Source: an uncultured Acidobacteriota bacterium
Lineage (GTDB): Bacteria; Actinomycetota; Acidimicrobiia; Spongiisociales; ZC4RG35
Direction of reading: 5' to 3'
Assembly: GCA_963828465.1 (NCBI GenBank)
Contig: CAWHEU010000022.1
Location: 4,577-68,576, forward strand
Length of the DNA: 64,000 nt
Part shown: piece by piece, positions 33,146 to 43,706 of the stretch
How the letters are laid out: every line of letters starts with the position of its first letter
How positions within the stretch are numbered: position 1 is the stretch's first letter
Program-made: the position numbers and the translations under genes
The notes under the pieces: generated by a model
Seen by the model: only the letters and a program-made list of their open reading frames with translations
The model's database searches: none
Told to the model about the DNA's origin: nothing

Positions 33146-36065
33146 CTAGGACCGGTCCTCGATGGCCTCCGGGGGCTCGATCCACTGCAATACCGTTCGG
33201 TAGTCGGCGGCGGCCCCTTCGGCGATCAGGCGGTCCCGCTCCGGTGGAAGGAGACCACCCTCGACCTCTTCACGGAATCGGGCCATTTCGTCCGGACTGG
33301 CCCCGACCCGGTTCCGCTCGACGCTGCCGAGAAACCGGGCGGCTGCAGACAGGTCACCTTCCGCCAGAGCAAGACGGAGGGCCTGTGCCGGGATCCCGGC
33401 CTGGACCTCTCGATCGAAGAGGAGGAGACGGTGGGCGGCCGATGTGAGCTCGACCCTGGCCGCCGCGAGACGTCCTTCATCGATGTGGCTGCGGATCGCA
33501 CGGGCGCCCGATCGGGCGGAGCAGGGCAGATCACCCACTTCGGCCAAGATCCCGGCTGCCTCGGCCAGATCGTCGGTTGAGGCCCCCAGTCCGAGATCCT
33601 GGGTCACCGCCCCGTGGTAGTAGAGGGCATGGCCCAACCCGTGACGGGATCCCAGATCACTCAGGATCTCGATGCTCTGGCGCAAGTTGGCCAGGACCCA
33701 CTCATCGTGACCGGATCCGATGTGGCTGGCCGAGGTCATCATCGATGCCGCGGCCAGATATCCGTCGCCGACCGTCAGCGCCTTCGAGATCGCGGCTTCG
33801 ACATGCTCCCGCCGCTGTTCCGGAGGACCGGCCTGCCCGAAGGCGAGCATGAACTCGATGATCGCCTGATCCCATTCCGGGTCCCACATCGGCGGGTGCC
33901 GGACATTCGCCAGAATCTGACGACCCTCCTCCATCCAGCCGCCCGCGTCCTGATGACCGACGAGGTTGGAATAGGCCATCCCGCGGGTCAGCGTGAGCCA
34001 CCCGACGAGCGCGTCGTCCCCGGCGCTCCGGGCACATTCGAGACCCAGATCTGCATAGTTCACCGCGGCCGGGTCGGTGAGGAAGGTCGCCAGCAGAGAA
34101 GCGGCCAGCCACGCCCTGGCGGCCATGGCGGGCGAGGCTTCGTCGCCATGTGATCGGAGCGCTCCCACCAACAGGTCCCGGCCTTCGACCTGGAGACTGG
34201 ATTGGGCCCAGAACCAGGTCAGATCGAATCCGATGTCGAGGAATCGGTCGATCTCCCCACGGCCGAGCAACGTGGACATGGCAACGCGGATGTTGTCGTT
34301 CTCCAAACAGGAGACTGCGGTTGGCCTGACGCTGGTCGGGACCGCGCAAGCTCGGGGCGATCTGCGCCACTGCGTTGGCGTAGTGAATGGCGTGGAGGAG
34401 CCGTACTTCGTCTTCCTCTCCTTCATCGGCCAGACGGGCCTGTCCGTATTGGCGGATCGGCTCGAGGAGTCGGAAGCGAGAAAAGCGAGCTTGCTGGATA
34501 GGCACCACGAGCGACTTGTCCACCAGCTGATCGAGCAAACCGAAGACATCGGTGGTGTCTCCGACGTTCTCAGCAGCAGGGAGATCGAACCCGCCGGCGA
34601 AGACCGAAAGACGTCGGAAAAGCGCCGACTCTTCCTCGCTGAGCAGGTCGTAGGACCAGCCGATCGTGTTCTCGAGGGTTCGCTGCCGGCGCACCGTCGT
34701 CTTCGAGGCTGCGGTGAGGACCCGGAACGACGTCTCGAGCTGGTCGGCGAGGTCGAGGAGGGTGAGAGTGCGGACCCGTGCCGCGGCCAGCTCGATGCCG
34801 AGAGGAATCCCGTCGAGACGACGGCAGATCCTGGCGATGGCTTCCAGGTCGGCGTGCGAAGGGGCGAGATCCGGCTTCATCCTGGCGGCCCGGTCGAGGA
34901 AGAGACGCACCGACTCCGATCGCGCCAGGTCCGATCCCTCTCCGGGCAGGCCAAGCGACGAGACCCGGAACACGATCTCGGCGGAGGTCCCGAGCGTCTC
35001 CCGTGATGTGGCCAGGATCGACAGGCCGGGGCTGGATCCGAGCATTTCTACCGCGATCGCCGCAGCCTCTTCGAGGAGGTGCTCACAGTTGTCCAGCAGC
35101 AATAGGAGCTTTCTTCGGGCTAGGTGAGCCTTGATCACCTGGATCAGGCCCATCCCGTCGCCGGCGCGCAGGCCCCAGACGTCGGCCACCTCATTCACGA
35201 CCAGGGCCGGATCTGCGATGTCGGCCAGCCCGGCCATCCAAACGCCATCAGGGAAGTCGTCTCCGAGGGCTCCGGCTACTTCCATGGCGAGACGGGTCTT
35301 GCCGGTCCCACCAACCCCGGTGAGGGTTACCAGCCTGTTGGACTGGAGCAGGGCCTTTACTTCCTCGAGGTCCTCGCGCCTCCCTACAAACGAGGTGAGT
35401 TGCGCCGGGAGATGAACCAGGTCGACCGGCTCGGTGCGCAGTGGCTCGGTTACCTCGGGCAGATCGGGATGGAGCAGCTCGAAGAGGCGCTCCGGGCGTT
35501 CCAGGTCCCTGAGAGGATGGACCCCTCGGTCCTGCAACTCCATGGGGGCTTCAACCAATTCTGCGGTCAGCTCAGCAGTGGCTCCCGACACCAGAATTTG
35601 CCCACCGTTCGCCGCTGCCATCACGCGGGCCGCCCTGTTCACATCGGGCCCGAAGTAATCGCCGGCCCGTTCGTACGAAGTGCCGGTATGGACCCCAATC
35701 CTGACGCGGATCGCCGGCCCTTCCCAAGCTTCGTCCAGAAGACCGAGCTGGGCCCGCATTGCGGCGCCAAGCGCGGCCAACGGCGTGGTGAAGGCGGCGG
35801 CAAAAGAATCCCCGGCGCTGGAGAAGACGTACCCATCGAGGTCAGCGATGGCGGATTCGAGAATGCGGTCGTGGGCGATCAGGCTCGCCGCCATGCCGTC
35901 ACGGTCCGCTTCCCAAAGACGGGTCGAACCGGCCACGTCGCTGAACAGGAACGAGACCGTGCCGGTGGGCCTGGAGTCCACCGTCGGAGGGTATCGGGGT
36001 CCCACGCGGGCCGCTAAGACGTCGGGTTCTACCGCGTCGGCAGGAACCAGTAGACGTAGCCGCAC
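33146..36065 (-). CDS. class III adenylate cyclase – NB-ARC/AAA ATPase – TPR STAND-family protein (paralog 1); frameshift near 34306-34328
   Basis: TGTVSFLFSDVAGSTRLWE…GDSFAAAF (cyclase). TLTGVGGTGKTRLA (P-loop). LLLLDNCEHL (Walker B). TPR-like C-terminus. The last ~390 aa are in another frame (33146..34549). Confidence 0.8.
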
Positions 36066-36099
36066 TCGGCAGCTCTCGTGAATGCACCCATCGCCGGGG

Positions 36100-37497
36100 T
36101 CAGTCGCCGGTTGTCAGCCAGCCCGGCTCGGGGTCGCCGAACATCTCGAGCAAGTAGTCGCGTGAGGCCTCGACCGCTCGGCGGGGCGCATCGAGCGAGG
36201 CCTTGAGCTTGAAGTCCTCCTTGAGCACCTCGCCGTCGACGAGGACGGTTTTCACATTGGAGATGTCGGCCGCGCAGACGACCGCACCCACCGGGTCGAT
36301 GATCGGGGCGATATTCACAGCCGACCCGTCGATGATCACGACGTCCGCCTTCTTCCCGGGTGTCAGCGACCCGGTGCGATCGGCGATTCCCGCCACATCG
36401 GCACCACCGATCGTGGCCCAGGCGAGTGCATCACGGGCGGTGATGAGGCCAGGCGATGCTTCCAAGCCGTCGAGGTCATCGTCCCAGGCCTCCTGGTGCT
36501 TGCGCCCCCGCTCGGACCCGAAGACGGCATGCATCTGGGTGAACTGGTCGGCCGACGCGGTAGTTGCAACGTCCGACGAGAGCCCGATCGGGATGTTGTA
36601 CTCGACAGCCGTGACCGCCGGCGCCCACCCGTGTCCCATCTGGATCTCTATCTGCGGGGCGAAGCTGACGTTCCCGCCCGAATCGCTGACGAGCTGCCAC
36701 TCCTCGTCGGTGAAATGCGAGGCGTGGACATACGTCGTGCCCGGATAGAGGAGGTCCATGTCCCGTAGCGCCGTGATCTGGCCCTTCGTGTAGCCGAACC
36801 GGTCCATGGCGACGTGCACGGTGATGTCGATGCCGAGCTCGTTGGCCAGCTCCCAGTCGTGACGCACGACTTCGGGCTTGCAAAAGCCGGGTCCTCGGGT
36901 GGCCAGGCCCATGGTGACCCGGCCCTCGTCGCTGCTGAAGTACTGCGACCGCAAGCGGCGTGCCTCGTCACCGTCCGACGTCAGGACGCTTCCGGTGTAG
37001 TCGGGGCCGAACCACCAGTCCACCAGCGATGTGTTCGGGAAGCCGTATGCGAAGACCGATCGGATGCCCGTCTCTTCGAGCGCGGCGACCGAGGCGTCGG
37101 CATGCTCGGGCGTGTTCATGATGTGGGCCCAGTCGACCAGCGTTGTGATGCCGGCGTTGATGCACTCGAGCGCTCCCCACTGTGTCGCCGAGTGGACATC
37201 CTCAGGCCGGTAGTGCGGGGCGAACTTGTCGAGGATCGCGCTGAAGTATGTGATCAGAGCGAAGTCGGGGGCACATGTCCGGATGCACGTCTCCCAGGTG
37301 TGCCGATGGGTGTCTATGAAGCCGGGGATGACAATGTCGCCGGTCGCATCGATGACCCGGGCATCGTCGGCCGACAGGTCGGTGCCGATGGCGGCGATCT
37401 TGTCGTCCTCGATCAGCACGTCAGCCTTCGGCAGCTCGCCGAGCTCAGGGTCCTGGGTCAGGACGATCCCGCCGCTCAAGAGGATTCGATCAGTCAC
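36100..37497 (-). CDS. amidohydrolase superfamily protein (cytosine deaminase/chlorohydrolase-like, metal-dependent)
   Basis: PGFIDTHRHTWE (HxH metal motif). 465 aa. Typical TIM-barrel amidohydrolase sequence. Confidence 0.85.
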   Translation of the reverse strand: MTDRILLSGGIVLTQDPELGELPKADVLIEDDKIAAIGTDLSADDARVIDATGDIVIPGFIDTHRHTWETCIRTCAPDFALITYFSAILDKFAPHYRPEDVHSATQWGALECINAGITTLVDWAHIMNTPEHADASVAALEETGIRSVFAYGFPNTSLVDWWFGPDYTGSVLTSDGDEARRLRSQYFSSDEGRVTMGLATRGPGFCKPEVVRHDWELANELGIDITVHVAMDRFGYTKGQITALRDMDLLYPGTTYVHASHFTDEEWQLVSDSGGNVSFAPQIEIQMGHGWAPAVTAVEYNIPIGLSSDVATTASADQFTQMHAVFGSERGRKHQEAWDDDLDGLEASPGLITARDALAWATIGGADVAGIADRTGSLTPGKKADVVIIDGSAVNIAPIIDPVGAVVCAADISNVKTVLVDGEVLKEDFKLKASLDAPRRAVEASRDYLLEMFGDPEPGWLTTGD

Positions 37498-37616
37498 ACC
37501 TAATGCCTTTCTCCTTGGCCTCGGTCAGGATCGTAACCCCTCCAAGCAAGAGGTTTCCGAGCAGCATGCCTCGTTCGGAAAGGAGCGGATTCAGACCGAC
37601 TAACCAGTGAACCGGC

Positions 37617-39201
37617 CTAGTTCTCGCGTCGGGTGGAGAGAGCTTTTTCCGTCAGGGCGAACACCTTGACCGGTCTCTGTACACCCTTCATCACCAGGTC
37701 TTCGACCGGAACCCCATCGACCCGGTCCTGTACCGCTGCCATGGTCCGCTCAGAGACCAGGACCTGACGCGGCTCGGCAGCCGTGGCAAGTCGAGCCGCC
37801 ACGTTCACGTGGTTTCCCACCACCGTGTAGTCGGTCCTCGTCGACGAACCGATGTTGCCCACCGTGACATATCCGGTGCTGATCCCGACGCCGACGGAGA
37901 GCTCCTCCTCAGAACGCATCCACGTGGCCCGCAGCTCCTCCACCTTGGCCAACATCTCGAATGCGGTAGCCACGGCCCGTTCGGCATGATCCTCGAACGG
38001 GATGGGATCACCGAAGAAAGCAAGCACTCCGTCCCCCAGGTACTTGTCCAGCGTGCCCCCGTTGGAGAAAACGATGTCGGTCATGGCGCTGAAGTACTCG
38101 TTCAGGGCATCGACGAGCTCCTCTGGCTCCATTCGCTCCGCGATCTGTGTGAAACCCCGGATGTCCGAGTAGAGGATCGTCAGATTGCGTCGGACCGAGG
38201 CGAAGGCCACCGGCTCGTCCCCGGCGAGTATCGCGTCCGCCACTTGCGGAGAGACGTATCGCCTCAGCTGCTCGGTCCGCTGCAGCTGGGTGACCTGTTC
38301 TTCGATGGTCTGCTCCAGATTGGCATTGAGCTGGCTCAATCCCTCGTACAAGGTGGAGAGCTGCCTGCTCGTCCGGTTCAGGTTGACCGTCAGCCTCCCG
38401 AACTCGTCACGGTTGGGGACTTCTACTTCCTGGCCGAAGTCGCCGTCGGCGATCCTTCCCAGTGCCAGATCGATCTTTCGCACCGGGCGCACCAGCGACC
38501 ACGACAGGATGGCTCCCATCGCCAGAGCGGTGAGCAGGCTGACCCCGGCGAACGCGGCAACAGTCACCGTGAGGAAGCGGCGATTCCCCCGGAAGTTCTC
38601 GAGCTCGGACGCAATGTCTTCCCTCCAGCGAGCCGATCATCAGGTTGAGATCGTCTTCCAGCTCATGTGAGATCTCGTGCTCGGCCGAGATGTGAACATC
38701 GGAGGCTCGGGTCATGTCGCCGGCCTCGTAGAAAGCCAAGACTTCTTCAGCTGCCTCGGCGTACCGGAGGTCGGTTGCGTCGATTCGGTCGACGATGGCG
38801 ACCAGCTCTTCGTCTGCCACATCTCTGATCGCCTGCATGTCGTTCGTGAAGTTCTCTTTGGCCTGGGCGATCTTGTCGTTCCACGAGTCGACCTGGGTGA
38901 TCAGGGCCATAGCCCGGTAATGGCTCTGCGCTGTCACTGCATAGATGCCCTGCTGGGCGAGCTCCAGCTGATCTTGGAGCTCGATCACCTGGTCCATCTG
39001 CCGGTTCATCGCGTTGATCACGACGATGCTGAAGACCCCCATGGCAAGAAGGAGCAGCGCACTCAACAGGAAGCCGGCGAGCAGCTTGGTGTGGATCGTC
39101 GCCGGCGCACGCGCCACCATGTCGATGAGCGGGCGCACCCAACGGACGGGGAGTGGATCTGGATTTGGTTCCGGCGCGCCCTGATTGACCGCGTCTGTCA
39201 T
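37617..39201 (-). CDS. membrane sensor adenylate/guanylate cyclase with a HAMP domain; frameshift near 38620-38635
   Basis: N-terminal TM, periplasmic helical sensor, second TM, HAMP (DGDFGQEVEVPNRDEFGRL), cyclase (ILYSDIRGFT…LDKYLGDGVLAFFG). The two halves are in different frames. Confidence 0.8.
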
Positions 39202-39322
39202 GTGCCTCCCACCTGACCGATGCCCGGCTTTAGAGCGATGAAGCCTATTCCCTCGAGCTGATCGTCGTAGGGGTGTTTATCCCCATGCCAGCGGCGTGCC
39301 AGATCGGAGACAGCGCTACCGG

Positions 39323-39787
39323 TTAGGCCAGCCGATGCTCGTAGTGAATCAAAGTGATGTCGGGGAACACGGTCTCACCGACTCTCACAAAGCCAAGCCT
39401 CTCGTAGAAATGTTGATTGCGGGTGGCGTACGCCGGTGTGTCCAGTGTCCAGACGGTGGCCGGAAACGTCCGCTCGATGAATCCCATCGCCTGAGTGCCG
39501 ATGCCTTGGTTGTGGTGGGCGGGATCGATGGCGAGGACGCCGAGATGGAAATGCCCCGCACCTTGATCGATGACAGTCATCCCTCCGATGATCTCGCCAT
39601 TCAATGAGACCTTGTAGCCCTCGCCGCGGGCAATCGTGGCCAGAGTCTCCTCCACCGAGTCGTAGCCGGGAGGGCCGCCGATCTCGACCCCTGGATAAAG
39701 GCGAGCATCATCGTGGAAAGCCGCGATCTGCACTTTGACCAGGTCCTCGGCGTCAGCGGGAGTCGCCAGCTCGAAATCGATGTTCAT
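39323..39787 (-). CDS. GNAT family N-acetyltransferase
   Basis: …HNQGIGTQAMGFIERTF… is the acetyl-CoA binding motif Q/RxxGxG/A. 154 aa. Confidence 0.85.
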   Translation of the reverse strand: MNIDFELATPADAEDLVKVQIAAFHDDARLYPGVEIGGPPGYDSVEETLATIARGEGYKVSLNGEIIGGMTVIDQGAGHFHLGVLAIDPAHHNQGIGTQAMGFIERTFPATVWTLDTPAYATRNQHFYERLGFVRVGETVFPDITLIHYEHRLA

Positions 39788-40987
39788 CGACGTTCCGCCC
39801 GGAAGATCGTCACCGGGTCGGCGATACCCTTCAGCTCGAATTCACCGATCTCGGTGAGCCTGAAAGCCGTCCCCCGAGACGATCCCCACCACCGGCTCAC
39901 CGACGTACACCTCGGCTGCGTCAGCCTGGGAAGCGATCCGGGCCGCGAGATTGACGGTCCGCCCGAAGTAGTCACCTTCGTCGTAGAGCATTGGGCCGGC
40001 ATTGACCCCGATATGGGTGTCGGGGAGCCCGCGGCTGGGTGCGCTGTCGACCATCTCCAGGGATGCCATCACGGCATCGTCGGGATCGCGGAACTGGAGG
40101 AACACGCCGTCGCCCAGCAACTTGATCACGTTGCCCCGATAATCGGCGGCCACCTCGGTCGCCAGCTGAGCAAAGGTGAGGGCGACCTCTGCCGCCACAT
40201 CGTCACCGGATTCCTCGGTCAGTTCCGTGAAGCCGCTGAGATCGGCAAACACCGCGGTCTCCAACTGGTGCGGCTGGCGTTGCCGAACACCGGCCTGCTC
40301 GAGGGCGGTCTCGACGTGCCCGAACTGATGCTCGGTGGAGAATGTCTCCGAGTGTCGACGGAACAGCCAGCTCAACAGGTCCTCGCCCGAGCGGCCAACC
40401 CGGAGGCCGACTTCACGCAGTGCCGCCTCGTACGCGTCATTGTCGTTGAGTCCTCTTCGCCGAAACTGTTCCTCGACTGTCTGATGGAAGTAATGGGGCA
40501 GGTACTGGGCAACGCGACGCGTGCTGTCTCCCCAGACCCGCGCCATCCGGATCACGTCCCGTTCATCCAGACCCGCGGCGAAGAGGATCCGGACCTCCCG
40601 CAGGGCTTCGAGGTCCTCTTGGCGGACGAACTCGTCCGCCTCGGGCCGGGGCAAGCCAAAGGCCATGTAGATGCTGTCGAGCGTGGCAAATGGGATCCCG
40701 ATCGCTTCGGCCTCTTCGGCAAAGGTGACATCCGACCGAGGGAATCGCCGGCCCGCGCTCTCGAGGTAGCCGAGCGACAGATGACCTGATGCCAGCGCAG
40801 TGGCCAGCGACTCCTCCTCGATTCCCATCTCATCGAGCTGACGGACCACCCGCACCTGCATGACGTCCCGACGCTCGAACGCGCCGTCCTCGGATTGAAG
40901 GATTCCCAGGTCTACGAGCCTCCTGATGTGCGCAGGGCTCGTGCCGGACCGATCGGCGAGCTCCTCTTCGGAGAGGCGGTCGGCCAT
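39784..40987 (-). CDS. MerR-like HTH + class III adenylate cyclase; frameshift near 39865-39875
   Basis: N-terminal LSEEELADRSGTSPAHIRRLVDLGIL (HTH). C-terminal cyclase TAVFADLSGFTELTE…IKLLGDGVFLQF…. The last ~25 aa (RLTEIGEFELKGIADPVTIFRAERR) are in another frame. Confidence 0.75.
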
Positions 40988-40998
40988 CCGACCGCCTC

Positions 40999-41148
40999 TC
41001 AGTCGGCGTAGGCGAGTGGGTCGGTCATGAAGACGTCGTGACAGACCTGGGAGCAGAAGTAGTAGGTCTTGCCTTCATATTCAGCCGTCGCCGCGGCGTC
41101 ATCCGTGTCGATCTTCATCCCGCATACGGGGTCCGTGACCATCGCCAT
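40999..41148 (-). CDS. YHS/TRASH-domain small metal-binding protein
   Basis: MAMVTDPVCGMKID…AEYEGKTYYFCSQVCHDVF. RBS AGGAGG lies 6 nt upstream of the ATG at 41148. The ORF is open to 41232. Confidence 0.65.
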   Translation of the reverse strand: MAMVTDPVCGMKIDTDDAAATAEYEGKTYYFCSQVCHDVFMTDPLAYAD

Positions 41149-41249
41149 CGACAACCTCCTGGAGCCAATCCGTTCGTCATACCCGAGCGTATTCACGCGG
41201 AAACCAGGATGCATGGGCCCGGAATGTCCCATCTACGCTCCGGAACCGT

Positions 41250-42200
41250 GTGAGGGCAGTTGTCTACGACCGGTACGGGACCCCCGATGTGCTGCGAATC
41301 GAGGAGGTGCCGACGCCGACCCCGGGACCAGGTCAGGTGCTCGTCGACGTCATGGCGACATCGGTCAACCTCTCCGACTGGGAGTGCTTGGTTGGCTCAC
41401 CCTTCTACGCCCGCTTCGGTGGCCTGCGCAAGCCGCGACGCCGGACGCTGGGCTCTGACATCGCCGGCCGGATCCGGGAAGTCGGGTCTGGAGTCACCCG
41501 CTTCCGACCCGGTGACGAGGTGTACGGCGAGATTCCGATGGGGGGCTTCGCCGAGTACGCCGTGGCTCCTGAGTCGGCGCTGGCCCACAAGCCGGAGGCG
41601 CTCACCTTCGCCCACGCCTCGACGATTCCACAACCTGGGCCCATCGCCTTGCAGGGCACGGCCACGGTCAAACCCGGACAGCGAGTCGCGATCAACGGCG
41701 CCGGTGGTGGGTCGGGTTCCTTCGCCATCCAGCTCGCCAAGCGAGCCGGTGCACATGTGACCGGAGTCGACAATGCCCAAAAGCTCGACCACATGCGGAC
41801 GATGGGGGCTGATGAGGTGGTCGATCATGGAACTCAGGACTTCACCAGGCTCGAGCCATTCGACCTGATCCTGGACATGGTTGCCCACCGCTCCGTGTTC
41901 GCTTATCGACGGGCATTGGCCCCGGGTGGCCGATACCGGTGTGTCGGCGGATCGGTCCGGGCCTTGCTGCGCGTCCTGACGGTGGGTGTGGTCATCGGCC
42001 GGCTCACCGGTCGCCGGCTCGGGGTGCTCGCTGTGAGACCGGGCCCGGCCCACTTCCGGCCCCTCGCCGACCTCTGTGTCTCAGGTGACGTCCGCATCCA
42101 CATCGACAGGACGTTTTCGATGGATGAGGTGCCCGAGGCGCTGGCTCGCGTCGGTGAAGGGCGTGCCCTAGGCAAGGTGGTCGTCCAGAACGCCCGATGA
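41250..42200 (+). CDS. MDR-family zinc-binding alcohol dehydrogenase / quinone oxidoreductase
   Basis: MRAVVYDRYGTPDVLRIEEVPTP… and nucleotide-binding AINGAGGGSGSFAIQLAK. Confidence 0.85.
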   Translation: MRAVVYDRYGTPDVLRIEEVPTPTPGPGQVLVDVMATSVNLSDWECLVGSPFYARFGGLRKPRRRTLGSDIAGRIREVGSGVTRFRPGDEVYGEIPMGGFAEYAVAPESALAHKPEALTFAHASTIPQPGPIALQGTATVKPGQRVAINGAGGGSGSFAIQLAKRAGAHVTGVDNAQKLDHMRTMGADEVVDHGTQDFTRLEPFDLILDMVAHRSVFAYRRALAPGGRYRCVGGSVRALLRVLTVGVVIGRLTGRRLGVLAVRPGPAHFRPLADLCVSGDVRIHIDRTFSMDEVPEALARVGEGRALGKVVVQNAR

Positions 42201-42222
42201 CAACCCGCGTAGCCTGGCCGGC

Positions 42223-42690
42223 ATGAGCTACGGCTGGTGGAAATTCATCCATCTCGCCGGTGTCGTGGGCTTCGTTGCCGCTCACGGCACCTCCATGGCG
42301 GCCACCGTCTTGATGAGGCGGATCCGTGAGCCGCAGCAGGTGGCGGGAGTCCTCCAGCTCAGCGCAGCCACGGTGAGCACTTTCTATGTCTCGACGTTGG
42401 TTCTGCTGGTGGGAGGGATCGGCGCCGGGGTGGTCGGTCAATGGTTCGATCAGGGGTGGATCTGGTTGTCACTGGGCCTGCTGATCGGGGTCGGGGTCCT
42501 CATGTTCCCCATGGCCCGACGCCACTTCCGTCGGATCCGCATGATCCTCGAGCTGATGGAAACCGGGACAGCCGTTTCCCAAGACGATTTCGCTCGGGTC
42601 GTCAACTCGGGTAGCCCGGTCCTCACCGCAGGCACCGGGTTCGTGGCGCTTCTGTTCATCCTCTATCTGATGGTCCTGAAGCCGTTTTGA
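42223..42690 (+). CDS. small integral membrane protein (DUF2269-like, 4 TM)
   Basis: Hydrophobicity pattern and length (155 aa). No catalytic motifs. Confidence 0.55.
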   Translation: MSYGWWKFIHLAGVVGFVAAHGTSMAATVLMRRIREPQQVAGVLQLSAATVSTFYVSTLVLLVGGIGAGVVGQWFDQGWIWLSLGLLIGVGVLMFPMARRHFRRIRMILELMETGTAVSQDDFARVVNSGSPVLTAGTGFVALLFILYLMVLKPF

Positions 42691-43691
42691 GCGCCTACCG
42701 CCGGATCATCGTCGGGGCTCACGGCTCACCCACCTCGGCAGTGGCCGAGGAGGCCGCCGCCCGGCTCGCCAACCAACTCGGAGCGGAGCTGGTCCTGATC
42801 AATGTCGACGAAACGGGGAGCGGCGAGGACATTCTCCGAGCCGCGGCCGACCGGGCCCGCACCTTCGGCATCGAGGCGCAGACCCTGCATCGCGAAGGTG
42901 AGGTCGCCGAGTCGATAGTTGCCGCCGCGGCCGAGCTCCGTGCCGATCTGTTGGTCATCGGGGACCACGGGATGGGACCGGACAGCCGGTTCAGCCTCGG
43001 CGGCATCCCTAGCCAGGTGGCACATCACTCACCAGTCGACATCCTGGTGGTGAGAACCTCCGACCCCACCCGGGAGCACGACTACCGCAGAGCCCTGCTC
43101 GCCACCGATGGTTCCCTTACTGCCCACCAGGCGACCCGCCACGGTGACGCCCTGGCCCAGGCACTCGGGGCCGAGATCACCCTGATCTACGTCGGTGACG
43201 AGCTCATTGGCGACATCGTGCTCCGGGACACCGCCGCCCGACTCGATCGTGACGGAATCGAGCGGATCGTCACCAAGGGAAATCCGGCGGTGCAGATCTC
43301 GAGACATGCCGGCGACTATGACCTGGTCGTTGTGGGGAACAAGGGGATGACCGGCTCCCGGCGATACATTCAGCGGGCAGTGCCCAGCAGGGTTGCGCAC
43401 GAAGCCGGGTCGGATGTCCTTATCGTTCGGACGGTGAGTAGGTCATTCTTCGATCTCCGCCCCGGGGAAGGCGCCGTCGTCGAGGTCGATGGGGAGAAGG
43501 TCGCGGCATACCTCCACGAAGACGGGACGACCTTTGCCCTCTCCGCTCGGTGCCAGCACATGGGGTGCATCGTCGACTGGAACAGTCGGGCCAAGACCTG
43601 GGATTGTCCCTGCCACGGCTCCCGCTACGAGTACAGCGGCGCCATCATCAACGGTCCCACCACCAAGCCGCTGCCCCCGGTCCAGGCCTGA
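42687..43691 (+). CDS. tandem universal stress protein (UspA) domains fused to a C-terminal Rieske [2Fe-2S] domain
   Basis: Two USP-like halves (…LLVIGDHGMG… and …LVVVGNKGMTG…). C-terminal CQHMGC…CPCHGS are the Rieske ligands. TTG start overlapping the upstream stop. Confidence 0.8.
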   Translation: MSAYRRIIVGAHGSPTSAVAEEAAARLANQLGAELVLINVDETGSGEDILRAAADRARTFGIEAQTLHREGEVAESIVAAAAELRADLLVIGDHGMGPDSRFSLGGIPSQVAHHSPVDILVVRTSDPTREHDYRRALLATDGSLTAHQATRHGDALAQALGAEITLIYVGDELIGDIVLRDTAARLDRDGIERIVTKGNPAVQISRHAGDYDLVVVGNKGMTGSRRYIQRAVPSRVAHEAGSDVLIVRTVSRSFFDLRPGEGAVVEVDGEKVAAYLHEDGTTFALSARCQHMGCIVDWNSRAKTWDCPCHGSRYEYSGAIINGPTTKPLPPVQA

Positions 43692-43706
43692 GGGCTCCGA
43701 CCGAAA